The notes below the pieces were generated by a model. The model was given only the letters and a program-made list of their open reading frames with translations. It was not told the origin of the DNA and did not search any database. DNA of 52,852 nucleotides from Octopus bimaculoides (lineage: Eukaryota), in assembly GCF_001194135.2 (NCBI RefSeq), contig NC_068981.1, positions 60,311,044-60,363,895 on the forward strand, read 5' to 3'. The position numbers and the translations under genes are program-made. Each line of letters begins with the position of its first letter. The first letter of the stretch is position 1. Shown here one piece after another: positions 24,831-38,585 of the stretch.

Positions 24831-26081
24831 TTTAGCTATAACTGTATGTGTATATGAGTGTGTTCATGTGTATGTGTGTGTGCAAGAGTATGTGTAAATG
24901 TGTGTGTGTGCGCATATACATATGTGTGTTTCTGTAGGTGTACAAGTATAATCTTTACTCTAGATTTGTAATCTATCAAAAATATATTTCATATTGAATT
25001 TGATCATATTGCACTTTTAGAAAATAAATACATAAATAAAGAAAAATGGCCCCTACACTTTGCCCCTCCTCTCTCTCTCTCTCTCCCTATAATATATATG
25101 TCAAATAATTTTTGTCTATGAAAATGTTAATTATTTGAGGCTCATTTTCTTTTCTGCATGTCAACTCTGAGATTTAACTTCAATTCTAAGTTACAACTAT
25201 TTCCCTTCCATTATAGGACCAGTGACACCTTTGTAAAAAGTTGCGAATATTGTACTATTAGATAGTCTTTTTCCTTTCTAAACTTCAAACATTGCACCTG
25301 TTTAAAAATTGATTGTATTACAGAAGTCTCCCTTTTTCCTGGCACCTCAATGGTATTATTTCACTTTGCTTCACACTTACAATATTATCAATATATCAAT
25401 AATGAGTTTGAGAAAGACAGAACCACTACATAGCCACATCTCTCACCTTTATAATACTAATCTCTTCAGCTTATATAATTATCTCTGAGTACAATTGCTT
25501 TTATTTATGTTAAGAGTTTAAATCAAACCAAATGACTTTCTTTGCTTGTCAGTTGCATAGGAGAAAGTTCAATAAAATAAAAAATACAAGTAATTATCTA
25601 ATTTGAATTTACCTTTCTATTATAAAAGAATTAATGTTGTGCATACGTAGTCAAGAAATATTACTGCAGCTTTCTATATCTTATAAGATTTAACATATCC
25701 TTAAATTTAATTTCTTTGTCACAGATATACTATATATGTGATGTGCTGAATGCAATATCATATATGAAGGTCTGTTTGCATAATACTTAACTTATAGCAA
25801 TGATAAATAGCACACATGAAGTAGAATTCACCTCTGATTGCTATAAATTTAAGGCATTTTCAGACTGAAATTTAACCTCTGTCAAGAACCATTTGGTGAT
25901 TGACTATGTTGCCAGTCTCTTCACGTTATTCGATCTCACATGCTGGTGTCAGAACACTATATATATCTGTTACAATATGACAACCAGCTTATGGTAGTTT
26001 GTTATATAATTTATGTAGTAAATTAAAATCAAATATGTGAAACATTGATATATACATATATACACACACATTTACACACAT

Positions 26082-26129
<48 letters not shown>

Positions 26130-26371
26130 GATATATGTATGTGTAAACATATGTGTATATATGTATATGTAGTACATATGTATATATGTGTGTGTGTATA
26201 TATATGTGTATGTGTGTGTATATACATATATATTTATGTATACTGTGGGATTTATAAGCTATTATGCTTCAGCTTGTGAGTACCTGAAAACTTTAAAGAT
26301 ACTTTTAGTAATTCTCCTTTGTTCTCCTCCTCCACTCTCTCTTTCTCTTTCCCTGTATATGTGCATATATA

Positions 26372-26432
<61 letters not shown>

Positions 26433-27444
26433 TATGTATATATGTATGTTTGTTTGTATGTATATGCATGATGCATCTTTGATTGTATTTCTTTGTATGT
26501 GTACAGCTATTCAGTACATCACTTGGCATGTTTAAAGCACATCAGTAAATCCATGTATCATCACCATCATCATTGTTTTAAAGCCCACATTTCTACAGGG
26601 GTCATATAGAATTTGTGGAGAAATGGACAATAGTTTATTTCTCATTGCTTCAAATCACTAAAATGCTTGCGAACAAATACCAGCTTTTCTTCTGTCCTGC
26701 TATGGCAGGAGAGTTATATGACACCTGCTTAGCTGTGTCGAAATTAGAGATACCAATTGTCTTATAGATTATGTCCATATAAAAAAAAAATGGTTTACTA
26801 GTCTAAATATATTACCTACAAATGACTACCCATTATATCTTAGAGAATATATTTGTCATTCCATCTCCCAACCATTAACTGCTTAATTAATGTAGGTGTT
26901 ATGAGTTTAAACAATAGTATCTGATGATCATTTTGGATCCTTGTCATTCATTATTCATAATTTGAAAAAAAAAAAAAAGAAATTTGAAAAAAAATCCCCT
27001 TCTACACAGTTCTGTTATATTATATCCCATATCTCATTTCAATTTTTGATCTTTACTCTTGCATGTGGTCCCTCATTATTTCATGTGTGTCAGACAGTTC
27101 GGTATGACAAAAATCATAGAGCCCAGTATGACCGAAGACACTTATAAGATTGAATGAGCGAAAAATTAATTTTAATTCAATTATGATTGTTTTGTTATGT
27201 GTGTAAGAAAGAAGGGGGGGGGGGAGACAAAACAGAAAAGAAATTGAAAAAAAAGAAAAAAGGAGAATGAAAGAAAAAAATTGCATTATTTATTTTCAAC
27301 ATACCATTAGTTATATTTCATACAAAATCATATATCTTCATTTATTACTGTACACTATGTTTCTAATTACACATATGTGCATGCACACACACGTGCATGT
27401 GCACACACATGTGCGTGTGCACACACACACACACATGCATGCAT

Positions 27445-27511
<67 letters not shown>

Positions 27512-28513
27512 NNNNNNNNNNNNNNNNNNNNNNNNNNNNNNNNNNNNNNNNNNNNNNNNNNNNNNNNNNNNNNNNNNNNNNNNNNNNNNNNNNNNNNNNN
27601 NNNNNNNNNNNNNNNNNNNNNNNNNNNNNNNNNNNNNNNNNNNNNNNNNNNNNNNNNNNNNNNNNNNNNNNNNNNNNNNNNNNNNNNNNNNNNNNNNNAT
27701 ATATATATATATATATATATACATATATATATGAATATATCATATGTATTAGATATATCAAAAGGGAGAGAAAGAGAGAGAGAGAGGGAGAGAGAGAGCG
27801 AGAGAGCTAATACATATCTGCCTCAGTTACTTGTGTGATAATGTCTCCACCATGTTGCAAATGTATTAGATTTATTAGAAATGACACTAATTATAATCTT
27901 ATAGAAGCAGTTCTTGTTGCAGCATTTCTTATAGTACCATTGGCTTTAAATGCTAAAATACCTTTTCTGATACACTGAGATACCAAATTACAGATACCTA
28001 ACAATTTGCATATTTGTTTACAGCAAGTATGTGTACATCATTCCTGAGACACAAGTACTTTTCAGCAATTTTCCTATTTTAATCAAATTCGGAAATATAT
28101 AAGAATTCAGTCAATTAGATTGTATCATTTTTAGCTGTTAGATGCTGAGAAAAAAAATATCGTTGCTTATCCAATAACTATGATCTCTCTGAGCCAAGAT
28201 AACTGTGAAACTATGCATGCATGCATGTGTGCACGCGTGCACACACACACACACACACACACTTAACTGGTTGCCTAGTTTCACAAATTACTTGTCGTTC
28301 AGCTACAATTGTAGCTACTAATCTACGTACATATTTAGATGATCACAAGTAACTATACTTTATTTCTACCTAGGTAATACAAAATATAAGAAAATGCAGT
28401 TACTGTGTATTCTATATTTGCTTTAAAATCAGATGTAAATCCAACATTCTAAGCTAAATGTATGACAAGCTCTTCAGCTGAAATACTTTCTATAACTCTC
28501 CTCCTTTCCACAG

Positions 28514-28583
28514 ACTGTTGAATATTACTTCAAATTGATCATTAAAATTATTACTGTTGATGATGATGCGACAGACGAGTTTT
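28514..28583 (+). CDS. Candidate internal exon (70 nt) of an unidentified gene
   Basis: ctctcctcctttccacag|...TTT|gtaagt. Single open frame TVEYYFKLIIKIITVDDDATDEF. Confidence 0.3.
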
Positions 28584-28879
28584 GTAAGTTAGAAAGCTGT
28601 ATGCCAAGTTGACTTAATATTAAACTGCCAATGTAAGTGCAAATCTAATTAACAAAGATACATTTTTTTTTTATCGTGTTCTGTTAGTTCAAAACTTTTA
28701 CAGAATCACTTAATGAAATGTACATTAAGGCTGGTATTTGTGCAATATTAAGTGGTCTGATGATCTACTGATGAGCTATATCAACAGATATAGTGTAATC
28801 GTGCATGTGCATAGGTATGTGGGTGTGCATGTGTGCTTATGTAAGTGTTTACATCATGTGTATCTAACACATACATACA

Positions 28880-28913
<34 letters not shown>

Positions 28914-30739
28914 CATATGTATGTATGTTTAACATTCTGCAATTATACATAACTAAGCTACTGGGTATGTGTTTGAGTGCCATTTTCTGAAATATTAACT
29001 ACAGCAGGGTCAATTTTGATGATGATTATTATGATATTGGCAGTGCTGTTAGCACTGCTGGGAATGGTGGCAACGATTATATTAATTCATAGATGATGAT
29101 GTTGACGATAACATTAAACATGTTTTTAATGATAACAGTGAAGAAGATGTTGAAGATGGTATAAATGAAGATAGTGATATTTAAAAAAAGAAATTAAGGA
29201 AACAGAACAGTCATAGTGACTGAGAAAATAACAATGATATTAGAATTGATAATTATTTGTATAATGCTTAACAGCTACAGATTTCATGATAATAAGAGAA
29301 AATGATTGGTCAAGAGCATAGTAAGTATTTCAATAAGATATACGAAATAGGTCACGTAATTATTGTTTGTGAATTATATATCTTTGTGCATCAATGTATA
29401 AAGCATATTTTCTTCTATAAACCTAAATGATATATGTGTGTATGTTACTGTATGCATAAATCTGTAACAAGTACTATATAGACATGTACATATATATATA
29501 TGTGTGTGTGTGTTGGGTGTGTGTGTGTGTGTGTGTGTATCACATATATAAAAATGTATGTATTTNNNNNNNNNNNNNNNNNNNNNNNNNNNNNNNNNNN
29601 NNNNNNNNNNNNNNNNNNNNNNNNNNNNNNNNNNNNNNNNNNNNNNNNNNNNNNNNNNNNNNNNNNNNNNNNNNNNNNNNNNNNNNNNNNNNNNNNNNNN
29701 NNNNNNNNNNNNNNNNNNNNNNNNNNNNNNNNNNNNNNNNNNNNNNNNNNNNNNNNNNNNNNNNNNNNNNNNNNNNNNNNNNNNNNNNNNNNNNNNNNNN
29801 NNNNNNNNNNNNNNNNNNNNNNNNNNNNNNNNNNNNNNNNNNNNNNNNNNNNNNNNNNNNNNNNNNNNNNNNNNNNNNNNNNNNNNNNNNNNNNNNNNNN
29901 NNNNNNNNNNNNNNNNNNNNNNNNNNNNNNNNNNNNNNNNNNNNNNNNNNNNNNNNNNNNNNNNNNNNNNNNNNNNNNNNNNNNNNNNNNNNNNNNNNNN
30001 NNNNNNNNNNNNNNNNNNNNNNNNNNNNNNNNNNNNNNNNNNNNNNNNNNNNNNNNNNNNNNNNNNNNNNNNNNATATAATATATATATATATGTGTGTA
30101 TGTATATATGTATATGTATGTATATTTACTTATACTCACAAATATATAAAGATGCAAATATCTGAAAATGCATATTCACATAGGTGTATATAAGTATGTT
30201 TGTATTCAAGTCTGTGTGTGTATGTATGATTTTTCTTTGAGTTTAGTTTATGTTCTTCCTGAGGGAGTTCAAGCTAGTTGCTAAAAAAAGCAACACGACT
30301 TTTTGATTTAAGAGAGACTCTTGTGTATGTATGTATGTATGTATGCATGCATGTATGTATGTATGTATGCAGCCAATGGAAAGAAGAAGACAAAGAAAAT
30401 TCCTTAACACATCTTTAATTATAAGTTACAATTGTTTCTGCACCAAGTATGAATGTATGTATGAGAGTGTGTGTGTGTGTGTGCGTGCTTGTGTGCGTGC
30501 ATGCGTGCGTGTGAATGAATCTAGTGTAGATTCAATGCTGTTTGTGTTGTTTAAATGTAATCTAATCTTGCCAGGTGACTGGAAGAATCTGCTGAAGACA
30601 CCAAATGTTAAAGGCCTCAGGGTTAGCTGTGTATGTGTGTGTGTGTGTGTGTGTGTGCGAGGTATGGACCACACACACCCACACACACAGACACACAATG
30701 TGCAGTTATTAGAAATGACTGCAGCCTAGTGATCTGAAT

Positions 30740-31340
30740 TGGGAGGGTGTGGTTAGATGTTGCTGTAGTATTGAGGAAGATGGGACTAGAGCATGTGCTT
30801 TTGGATATAAACTGTCAGGTCCATTCTTTGAGTATGAGCTCCCATAGTACAATGATCAGTATACTGTAGGTCGGTGATCTACTTTGATCTGATCTTAGTG
30901 GTGGTATGCAGCTTTCTGATGTTAGAATGCTACCCGATTGAGTCAAAAGTAAGTAGTAACTCCCATATTCCTCCCTATTCTTTTGCATGGCTACAATGAT
31001 GAAGAAAATAACAGACAGTATAGGAGTCAGCATGCAGTCTTGCCTCATTCCCATATATTTTCTCTTTCTAAAGGCTCAGATTTCTGATCTCTAATGACAA
31101 CTCAAGCCATTGACCTTGTGTGAAGCTTTGGTAAAGGAATTTGTAAATTTGGCCATGTAACTAAATTTTCTTGGAACATCCCACAGAAATTCTCTTTTTA
31201 CTGAATAGGGAAGTTTTGACAGATCCACAAATGTGATGGAAGATATTCAGATGTTGCCTTTTCTCTGCATTTCTCCAAAATCTTTCTATTAACAAGAGGG
31301 TTTTGGGTATGTAATGTGAATCCAGTCTAACTTGCATTCC
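30740..31340 (-). mobile_element. RTE-clade LINE reverse-transcriptase fragment
   Basis: ORF 30815-31054 MGMRQDCMLTPILSVIFF resembles the GVRQGCVLAPTLFSIFF RT motif. Stops and frameshifts present. Confidence 0.7.
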
Positions 31341-31704
31341 CCCCCCCCCCTATAAGACTCTTAACTACCAGTTTCACCACAGCCAACATCTGGCTGGAAG
31401 ATGAAAGAAATCGTTCAAAGTGGTTTTGGATTACTCTGGAGAGTAGGAATATCAACCCTTCAATAATGGCAGATATCAACACTTACCATTTATTGTTAGT
31501 TAGGGATAGGGATTGAAAATATAGAGAAGAAACACAATTAACATCATCTGGAGAAGTAAGGAAAGAGGCATGCATGTGTAGAAATATTGAACTTCTTCAG
31601 TCAAATGTGTACATGTCTTAGCTTAATGCTTACCATCAAGCACTGGGGTGTATGTGTAAATATGGTCATCTTTGGATCAATAAAGTACTTCGAACTAAAT
31701 TTGT

Positions 31705-32252
31705 AGACTGGCACCCATGCCAACGTCTTCATTGAAACTAAACTCGGCTTGCGAAGACCTGTTGGGTCAAACAAAAGCGAAAGCGAAATCGTGATGGCAC
31801 CAGTACCAGTAAATCACTAAGAGCACCATCCGAGCGTGATCGTTGCCAGAGCACCAGCTGTCTGGCTTTCGTGCCGGTGGCACATAAATAGCGCTATTTG
31901 AGTGTGACTGTTACCAACATCGCCTTCCTGGCACGTGTAAAGACATTCGAGCGAGATCGTTGCTAGTACCGCCGGACTGGCTCCTGTGCAGGTGGCACGT
32001 AAAATACACCATTTCGAGCGTGGCTGTTGCCAGTGCCTCCTGACTGGCCTTCGTGCCAGTGCCTCCTGACTGGCCTTCGTGCCAGTGGCACGTAAAAGCA
32101 CCCACTACACTTTCTGAGTGGTTGGTGTTAGGAAGGGCATCCAGCTGTAGAAACTCTGCCAAATCAGATTGGAGCCTGGTGTAGCCATCTGGTTCACCAG
32201 TCCTCAGTCAAATCGTTCAACCCATGCTAGCATGGAAAGCGGACGTTAAACA

Positions 32253-32292
<40 letters not shown>
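31705..32292 (+). mobile_element. RTE-type 3' UTR with degenerate ~60 nt tandem units and (GAT)n tail
   Basis: Repeated gccagt..cc.gactggc..cgtgcc.gtggcacgtaaaa units, then the same tail as 21119-21332. Confidence 0.85.
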
Positions 32293-32293
<1 letters not shown>

Positions 32294-32327
32294 ATATACA
32301 GGTGTATGTATGAATATTATATATATA

Positions 32328-32465
32328 GGCACAGGAGTAGCTTGCTTACCAACCACATGGTTCCAGGTTCAGTCCCACTGCAGGGCATCTACTATAGCCT
32401 CAGGCCAACCAAAGATTTGTGAGTGCATTTGGTAGACAGAAACTGAAAGAAGCCTGTTGTATATA
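32328..32465 (+). mobile_element. tRNA-headed SINE (second family), 5' part
   Basis: gtagcttgcttaccaaccacatggttccaggttcagtcccactgc...tactatagcctcaggccaaccaaag...gaaactgaaagaagcc. Confidence 0.8.
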
Positions 32466-33529
32466 TATATATATACTTTCTTTTCTCTTAACCATCAGCA
32501 TGAAACTAGGAAAATAAATTATCATTTTCATCATCATCATCTTTATCATTAATAGAACTGGGAGAAATATACCAAAGTTTACTACGAAATTGTTGCTGCT
32601 TCTTCAAAGAGACTCTCATAGTAAATGGGCAGTGCGTTGATATAAAAGGAAAGAAAAGAAAAAATCGAAAGAAAGAGATGAAGAGAGAGAAAGAGTTGGG
32701 TAAGAAAGAAAGAATGAGTGAGAAAGGTGTGTTAATGAAGTAAAAGATGTACTGAAATAAAATTTGAAAGAAAAAAATAAATAAAAATGATATGTTTAAA
32801 ACAGCAAAAACATAATTTATACAAATAGTAATGATTATGAATATGAAGCATTTCATACTCATAGCATGTACCACGTAGATGCCAGCAAGTTGATGTCAGC
32901 TGCAATTTAAATCTATGAAAAGAAAAGAGTTGCCTCCCCTCAATAACTGTTTTCGTGCTGGTTTTCCAGTATGTTTTGTTAAAAGGATTTACAAAATATA
33001 TTTATAAATTGAATGGTTTTCTTGATAAGCCATCCCTCACTCATTTGGCACGCATTAGTAACAATAATAAATTTCCTTATTCACAAAAATAGAAACCCAT
33101 TAAAAAGAATCTATTTTTATCAAAGAATGAAGTGAAGGGTGAATATACTACAGAAGGAGAATAATAAAGAAAAGAATTTTGAAAGGAGATTGCTGTAATT
33201 AATCATAATCACATTGAACCTTTTTAATCTGACATGAAGAAATTTCAAATTATTTGATTATTCTGTTATTAGAATATCACATGTATTTCGATAAATATTT
33301 CTAGATAAGCTCAAGGTATTTGTGATATTGCAGAGTAACTTTTCTCAAAGTTAATCACCATCACCTAGAAACCTTTGGAATGTCACTGTTTGTTCACATG
33401 GCATAGGTTCACTATCACTGTGATAGAAAATCAGTATTAATAAAATATTAGTTGGCTAAAAATTGCCATAGATTTATTTCCTGATGATGAGTCTAACTAT
33501 TTTATTAATATTATTTTAGATTTATTACA

Positions 33530-33690
33530 GCAAGATGACAGAATTGCCCAGCTTTATGTTCTGAATTCAAATTCCTCTGCAGTCAACTTTACCTTTCATC
33601 CTTTCAAGGTTAATAAAATATGCATCAGTTGAGACCTGGGACTTACCCCTTTCACCAAAATTTCTGGCCTTGTGCCTAAATTTGAAACCA
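33530..33690 (+). mobile_element. Meta-domain-like SINE fragment
   Basis: gttctgaattcaaattcc...gtcaactttacctttcatcctttcaaggttaataaaat. Confidence 0.7.
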
Positions 33691-34692
33691 ATAATATTCT
33701 AGATTAAATATGAGTTACAAAGCATTTTTGAAATAGGATTTAGGTACATTTTTGCCTTGTTGTTCATTAATTATATTCTTAAAGCTGAATGATCTCTTCA
33801 TAGATAAAATCGTAATACTATATGTTCTGAAGTTCATGCTCCTTCTGCTTATTATATTAGTCATTCATACATGGGGTATCGATAGCATACAATGCATCAT
33901 AAGTCAAATTTCATTAGGTAGCTCCGTTAAAATTTGAATCAGTTTCTTTAGGTTTTTTATTGTTTAGTTTCAATAACAATGTCATTCTTTAGCAGATATT
34001 GTCTTAAAGTATTGATAATTAGAAATAATCGCAACAGCAAGAAATGGTACATAAAACAAAATTTTGTAAACATAGCATCAAAATCTCATAAATACCATAG
34101 ATATTTTATAATTTCTGCAAACATCTAAATTAGAGCAGAATCCTGTTGAAAGATTTGAGATAGTCACACCTCAACTGAAGATTTCAAACGTCCCTAACTA
34201 GACAATTGATATATACATAAGTATCTAAAATTGACAACATGAATGTATAACAGCATAAAATTTATTTTAGAGTATGTTTTTTCCTCTTGACTTATGCAAA
34301 ACTGACCAATACATACACACACACACACACGCACGCACACACACACACACACGCACACACATATAAATACATATGCACATATATGTACGTATGTATGCAT
34401 GTATGTATATGTATGTGTGTATGTGTGTGTTTTATACATTTTGTTGTATTTTCAGAGAGTCATTATGCCAATAATAATAACACATGTAGAGGTTCATTTC
34501 CACTTCTTTATTATTAGTCAATTGGTTGAATACCTAACTAATTAATCAATTGATTGTTTAACATGTTGGTTAAATAGTCAATCACTTAATTCATTTGTCA
34601 AACTTCTTTTTTTGTTTTTTTTTTGCTCTTCACAACCTTTTAAGTGAGTTGTGGTCTCCCAAGTCATTTCAAAGCCTACTTTCATCTGTCTG

Positions 34693-34724
<32 letters not shown>

Positions 34725-34935
34725 CATACACATATATAAATATATGAGAGAGAGAGATAGAAAGAGAGATGTATGTAGATATGTGTGAGTGTTTGTGTGT
34801 GTAAATATGTACACATACAGCTATATATGTGCATAAGTATGCATATATGCATATCAAGTTCAAATGATGTATGGAATTTCTTTAACATATGTTATATATG
34901 AAGCAAATCTACTTGTATTCACTTTACATTTTCAG

Positions 34936-34978
34936 TTGCACATGATACAAATAATGTAAACCTGATAAATTATAATAG
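34936..34978 (+). CDS. Candidate internal exon (43 nt)
   Basis: cactttacattttcag|...TAG|gtattt. Single open frame AHDTNNVNLINYN, phase-compatible with 28514-28583. Confidence 0.2.
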
Positions 34979-35068
34979 GTATTTATCTATAAAGTAGCAA
35001 TATTAGTTCATGTGTGTTTCTGTGTTTATTCATATAATCTTTGGATTTGTCTACTTATACACACCCAG

Positions 35069-35113
<45 letters not shown>

Positions 35114-35664
35114 NNNNNNNNNNNNNNNNNNNNNNNNNNNNNNNNNNNNNNNNNNNNNNNNNNNNNNNNNNNNNNNNNNNNNNNNNNNNNNNNNNNNNNN
35201 NNNNNNNNNNNNNNNNNNNNNNNNNNNNNNNNNNNNNNNNNNNNNNNNNNNNNNNNNNNNNNNNNNNNNNNNNNNNNNNNNNNNNNNNNNNNNNNNNNNN
35301 NNNNNNNNNNNNNNNNNNNNNNNNNNNNNNNNNNNNNNNNNNNNNNNNNNNNNNNNNNNNNNNNNNNNNNNNNNNNNNNNNNNNNNNNNNNNNNNNNNNN
35401 NNNNNNNNNNNNNNNNNNNNNNNNNNNNNNNNNNNNNNNNNNNNNNNNNNNNNNNNNNNNNNNNNNNNNNNNNNNNNNNNNNNNNNNNNNNNNNNNNNNN
35501 NNNNNNNNNNNNNNNNNNNNNNNNNNNNNNNNNNNNNNNNNNNNNNNNNNNNNNNNNNNNNNNNNNNNNNNNNNNNNNNNNNNNNNNNNNNNNNNNNNNN
35601 NNNNNNNNNNNNNNNNNNNNNNNNNNNNNNNNNNNNNNNNNNNNNNNNNNNNNNNNNNNNATTC

Positions 35665-35698
<34 letters not shown>

Positions 35699-35709
35699 TA
35701 TATATATGT

Positions 35710-35905
35710 TGCCATGATAGGTTGCTGACCACGGCATTAAAATTTTTTTTCTCCTTGTTTTTCTCCGTATTCTTCCTGTTGAAGAGCGTAGCTCGAAACG
35801 TTAAAGACTTTCTTATTCCCGAGTGTTAAACTAATACATCCTTTTGTTGTTTACACCACCTGTCCTCGCCTGTTGTGGTTTTTTTCGTAAATTCTCCCAT
35901 ATATA
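35710..35905 (+). mobile_element. Penelope-like terminal-repeat segment with hammerhead-like motif (copy 2)
   Basis: Homologous to 1920-2130; flanked by (TA)n. Confidence 0.7.
35771..35807 (+). ncRNA. Minimal type-I hammerhead ribozyme-like motif, CUGUUGA core variant
   Basis: TCTTC-CTGTTGA-A-GAGC gta GCTC-GAAA-CGTT-AAAGA. Palindromic ACGT stem III intact; first stem I pair is a C.A mismatch. Confidence 0.6.
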
Positions 35906-37514
35906 TATAAACTTTATGGATACTATGGAATTACTAATGTATATCCAGTAACTAGTGTATTCCCACTATATGTTAACATCCAGTAACTGATAACTGTGGA
36001 TGAGCTTTACATAGCATACTTAAAGGTTTTCATCCACACATACACACACACATGTATAAACATACATATCTCAGCTTGTTACTTCTTTTTCTTCTCCGTC
36101 CCATTTCACCATCTTTTTTTCACACACTATGTACATGTTATTTATTGTTATTGTTGTATGTTACCACATGTTGTTATTTTTCTCTTTTTAAACATTTCAT
36201 CACAACATTTGGATAGAATGAAAAAAATGATTTTGTCCTTTTTCAATGCATTGGTCATAAAAACCATAGATCAATTCTTATGAGAAATTATTACTGCACT
36301 ACGCAACATGAGAACAGACAAGTGCTCCTTGGAGTAGGACTCTAGTCTACCAAATATTAATTGCATAGAGAAACTCTACCAAATTCTTATTGCATACAGT
36401 AATTTGTAAGCTACTTTCATAACTAGATATATTCTAAAAATAAAATATTTTAATTTATTAACTCAGAATCTATGGCAGATATTTGCAAAGTGGAAACGTT
36501 GGCCAGTATCTTGTCTATTTAAACATTGTTTTGCATTAACTGATATGAATACTCAGATAAAGAATGAACATCACCAAGACTTGTTTGATATTTTAGGGGG
36601 CAAAAAAAAAATATTTTTGTGATATTTCCTTCTAATCAGTAAATACATCCATTTTTGTTCATGACTTCATAATACAAATTAGTGTGACAAAATGACAGTT
36701 GATTCATGGCGTACAAATAAAAATAACTTTTTTTTCCCAAGATATGTAAACAGATAATGTTGACATATCTGATAAGGTATGAACCATGTATAGAAATAAC
36801 ATCAGAACTGCTCATCTGGTTTCGGCAGATATGAGTATATTTCAAATATTTAGTTATGGGTTCATTTTTTTCTAAATGTCTTTTCCTTGTTGATTTAATT
36901 AATCAATTAATTATAAATTAACACATTATTCTTGAAGGTATGTCAAAAATATTTAAAGGTTTTCTTTTTGTATTGAAGTTATTATACTCATACTATTTTT
37001 CGCTTTTTAAAAAAATAAAACGCTATATGAAAGATGAAAATTTAGCGGTAATTTTTTTGTCCAAGTGTAAATGTAACAAGAGTAGTTAATTGCATTCCTC
37101 TATATTTTGAATTTGAATTTAACCAAGGTCATTTCCATTTGTCATGCTTCCAGGGACAAAAGTAGATCAACCAGTCAGATACTAGAGGATATGGAATCAA
37201 ATATAACTACTCCCATGCATATATTTTTTTGAGCCTAAATGCAGAAATAGATATTAGTGATATCCTGAGTTGGCTGGAATGATATTTCATCCCTTTAAGT
37301 TCATATTTTGAATACCATTGCAATTGATTTTGCCTTTTATTCATTGAGGGATCAATACAATACATTACCTGTGTATGCTGGGTGTCAACTATGCTTCTCC
37401 CATGACAAAGCAATTGATCATCTGCTTAATGAAGACATCATTATCAATGTATATCCATTATTGTATATGAAAACAAGAGGTTTGACCTAGTATAATCATA
37501 CAAACACACCTATG

Positions 37515-37571
<57 letters not shown>

Positions 37572-38016
37572 AATATCATATATTATAAATATATGTGTGT
37601 GTATGTATATGTATATATGTATGTACATATATATGTGTGTGTATATGTGTGCATATAGTTTAGTATCCCAAGTAACTTAAATGTCATTAGAGCAAGGTGA
37701 GAGATAATAGGTATGAAACTATAGCATCATGTTTCTGTAGAAGGTGAAGAAGAGTGTCTGTGACATTATCTGGCAAGAATAATATGACGGAATTTTTTGT
37801 GAAAACATCGATAGCCCTCTTTGTAAATTTGGCAGCTCCTTGTATTGTGATATGTATGTGATAAATACAAAATTTATAGAAGAAAAATAAAAACAAACTA
37901 CTAAATAAACCAATTTTCCAAATTTGTATTGATGTGATTTTTTTCAAAATCATACCAATAGTTTCCTATTCAATGACCCAATTTCAGTGACTCTTTTTTT
38001 CCTCCTATCCCGGCAG

Positions 38017-38053
38017 CTATTACAATTGTCTTTTTATCTACCTTGATATAAGG
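38017..38053 (+). CDS. Candidate internal exon (37 nt)
   Basis: ctctttttttcctcctatcccggcag|...AGG|gtaaag. Single open frame YYNCLFIYLDIR, phase-compatible with 34936-34978. Confidence 0.2.
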
Positions 38054-38384
38054 GTAAAGCTATGTAACATGTCAAATATTATTTACTGTAAAAGAGATAA
38101 ACTGTTTTTCGTAGAAAGAAACGAACTTTTGTTGAAATAAATGCATCAAAAGACGCAATTATGGTGTTAGTTGTCTTTATTTATAATTTGGTTTCTCTGT
38201 CTTTCTTTCTCTCTTACCCTCTTGCTCTGACAAATTTCTAATTGGAAATTCTTTACATGTTTATCCAACAGGTATACTTTTATAATTCCTATTAGTAAAT
38301 GAAACATGTGTAATGGAGAATAAATAATATCAAAAAATTTTCAATTTCTTGTTTTGTAATTCAATATTAAGACAGTAGATTGGA

Positions 38385-38585
38385 ATAATTGGTGGAATGT
38401 TGGACTGAATATCTTACTATGTTTTGGTTATGAACATACATTCTCAGTTCAAATCCTACAGATGTTGGCTTTGCTTTTCACTCATCCTTAGATGATAAAA
38501 TAAAATGCCAGTAAAAATGCTTAGTCAAGCTAATCAATTTATATTTTTCCCCAAAACTATTTGATCTTGTACCAATGATAGGAAT
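38385..38585 (+). mobile_element. Decayed Meta-domain-like SINE
   Basis: cattctcagttcaaatcc...gatgttggctttgcttttcac...gataaaataaaatgccag. Confidence 0.6.

Noticed and set aside
28990-29190. Asp/Glu-rich reading (DDDVDDNIK...EEDVEDGINEDSD)
   Set aside because: Decayed (GAT)n-type low-complexity sequence with stops and no splice support.
31800-32100. Repeat array superficially like CRISPR
   Set aside because: Eukaryotic retroelement UTR with degenerate units, no unique spacers and no cas genes.
37190-37430. Possible minus-strand exon pair (DDQLLCHGRSIVDTQHTQ | AQKNICMGVVIF...)
   Set aside because: Good donor but weak acceptor, early stop and no homology; compatible with chance.
37687-37953. 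Protein-like minus-strand ORF (GAAKFTKRAIDVFTKNSVILFLPDNV...)
   Set aside because: No convincing splice acceptor, no recognisable homology and no linked exons.
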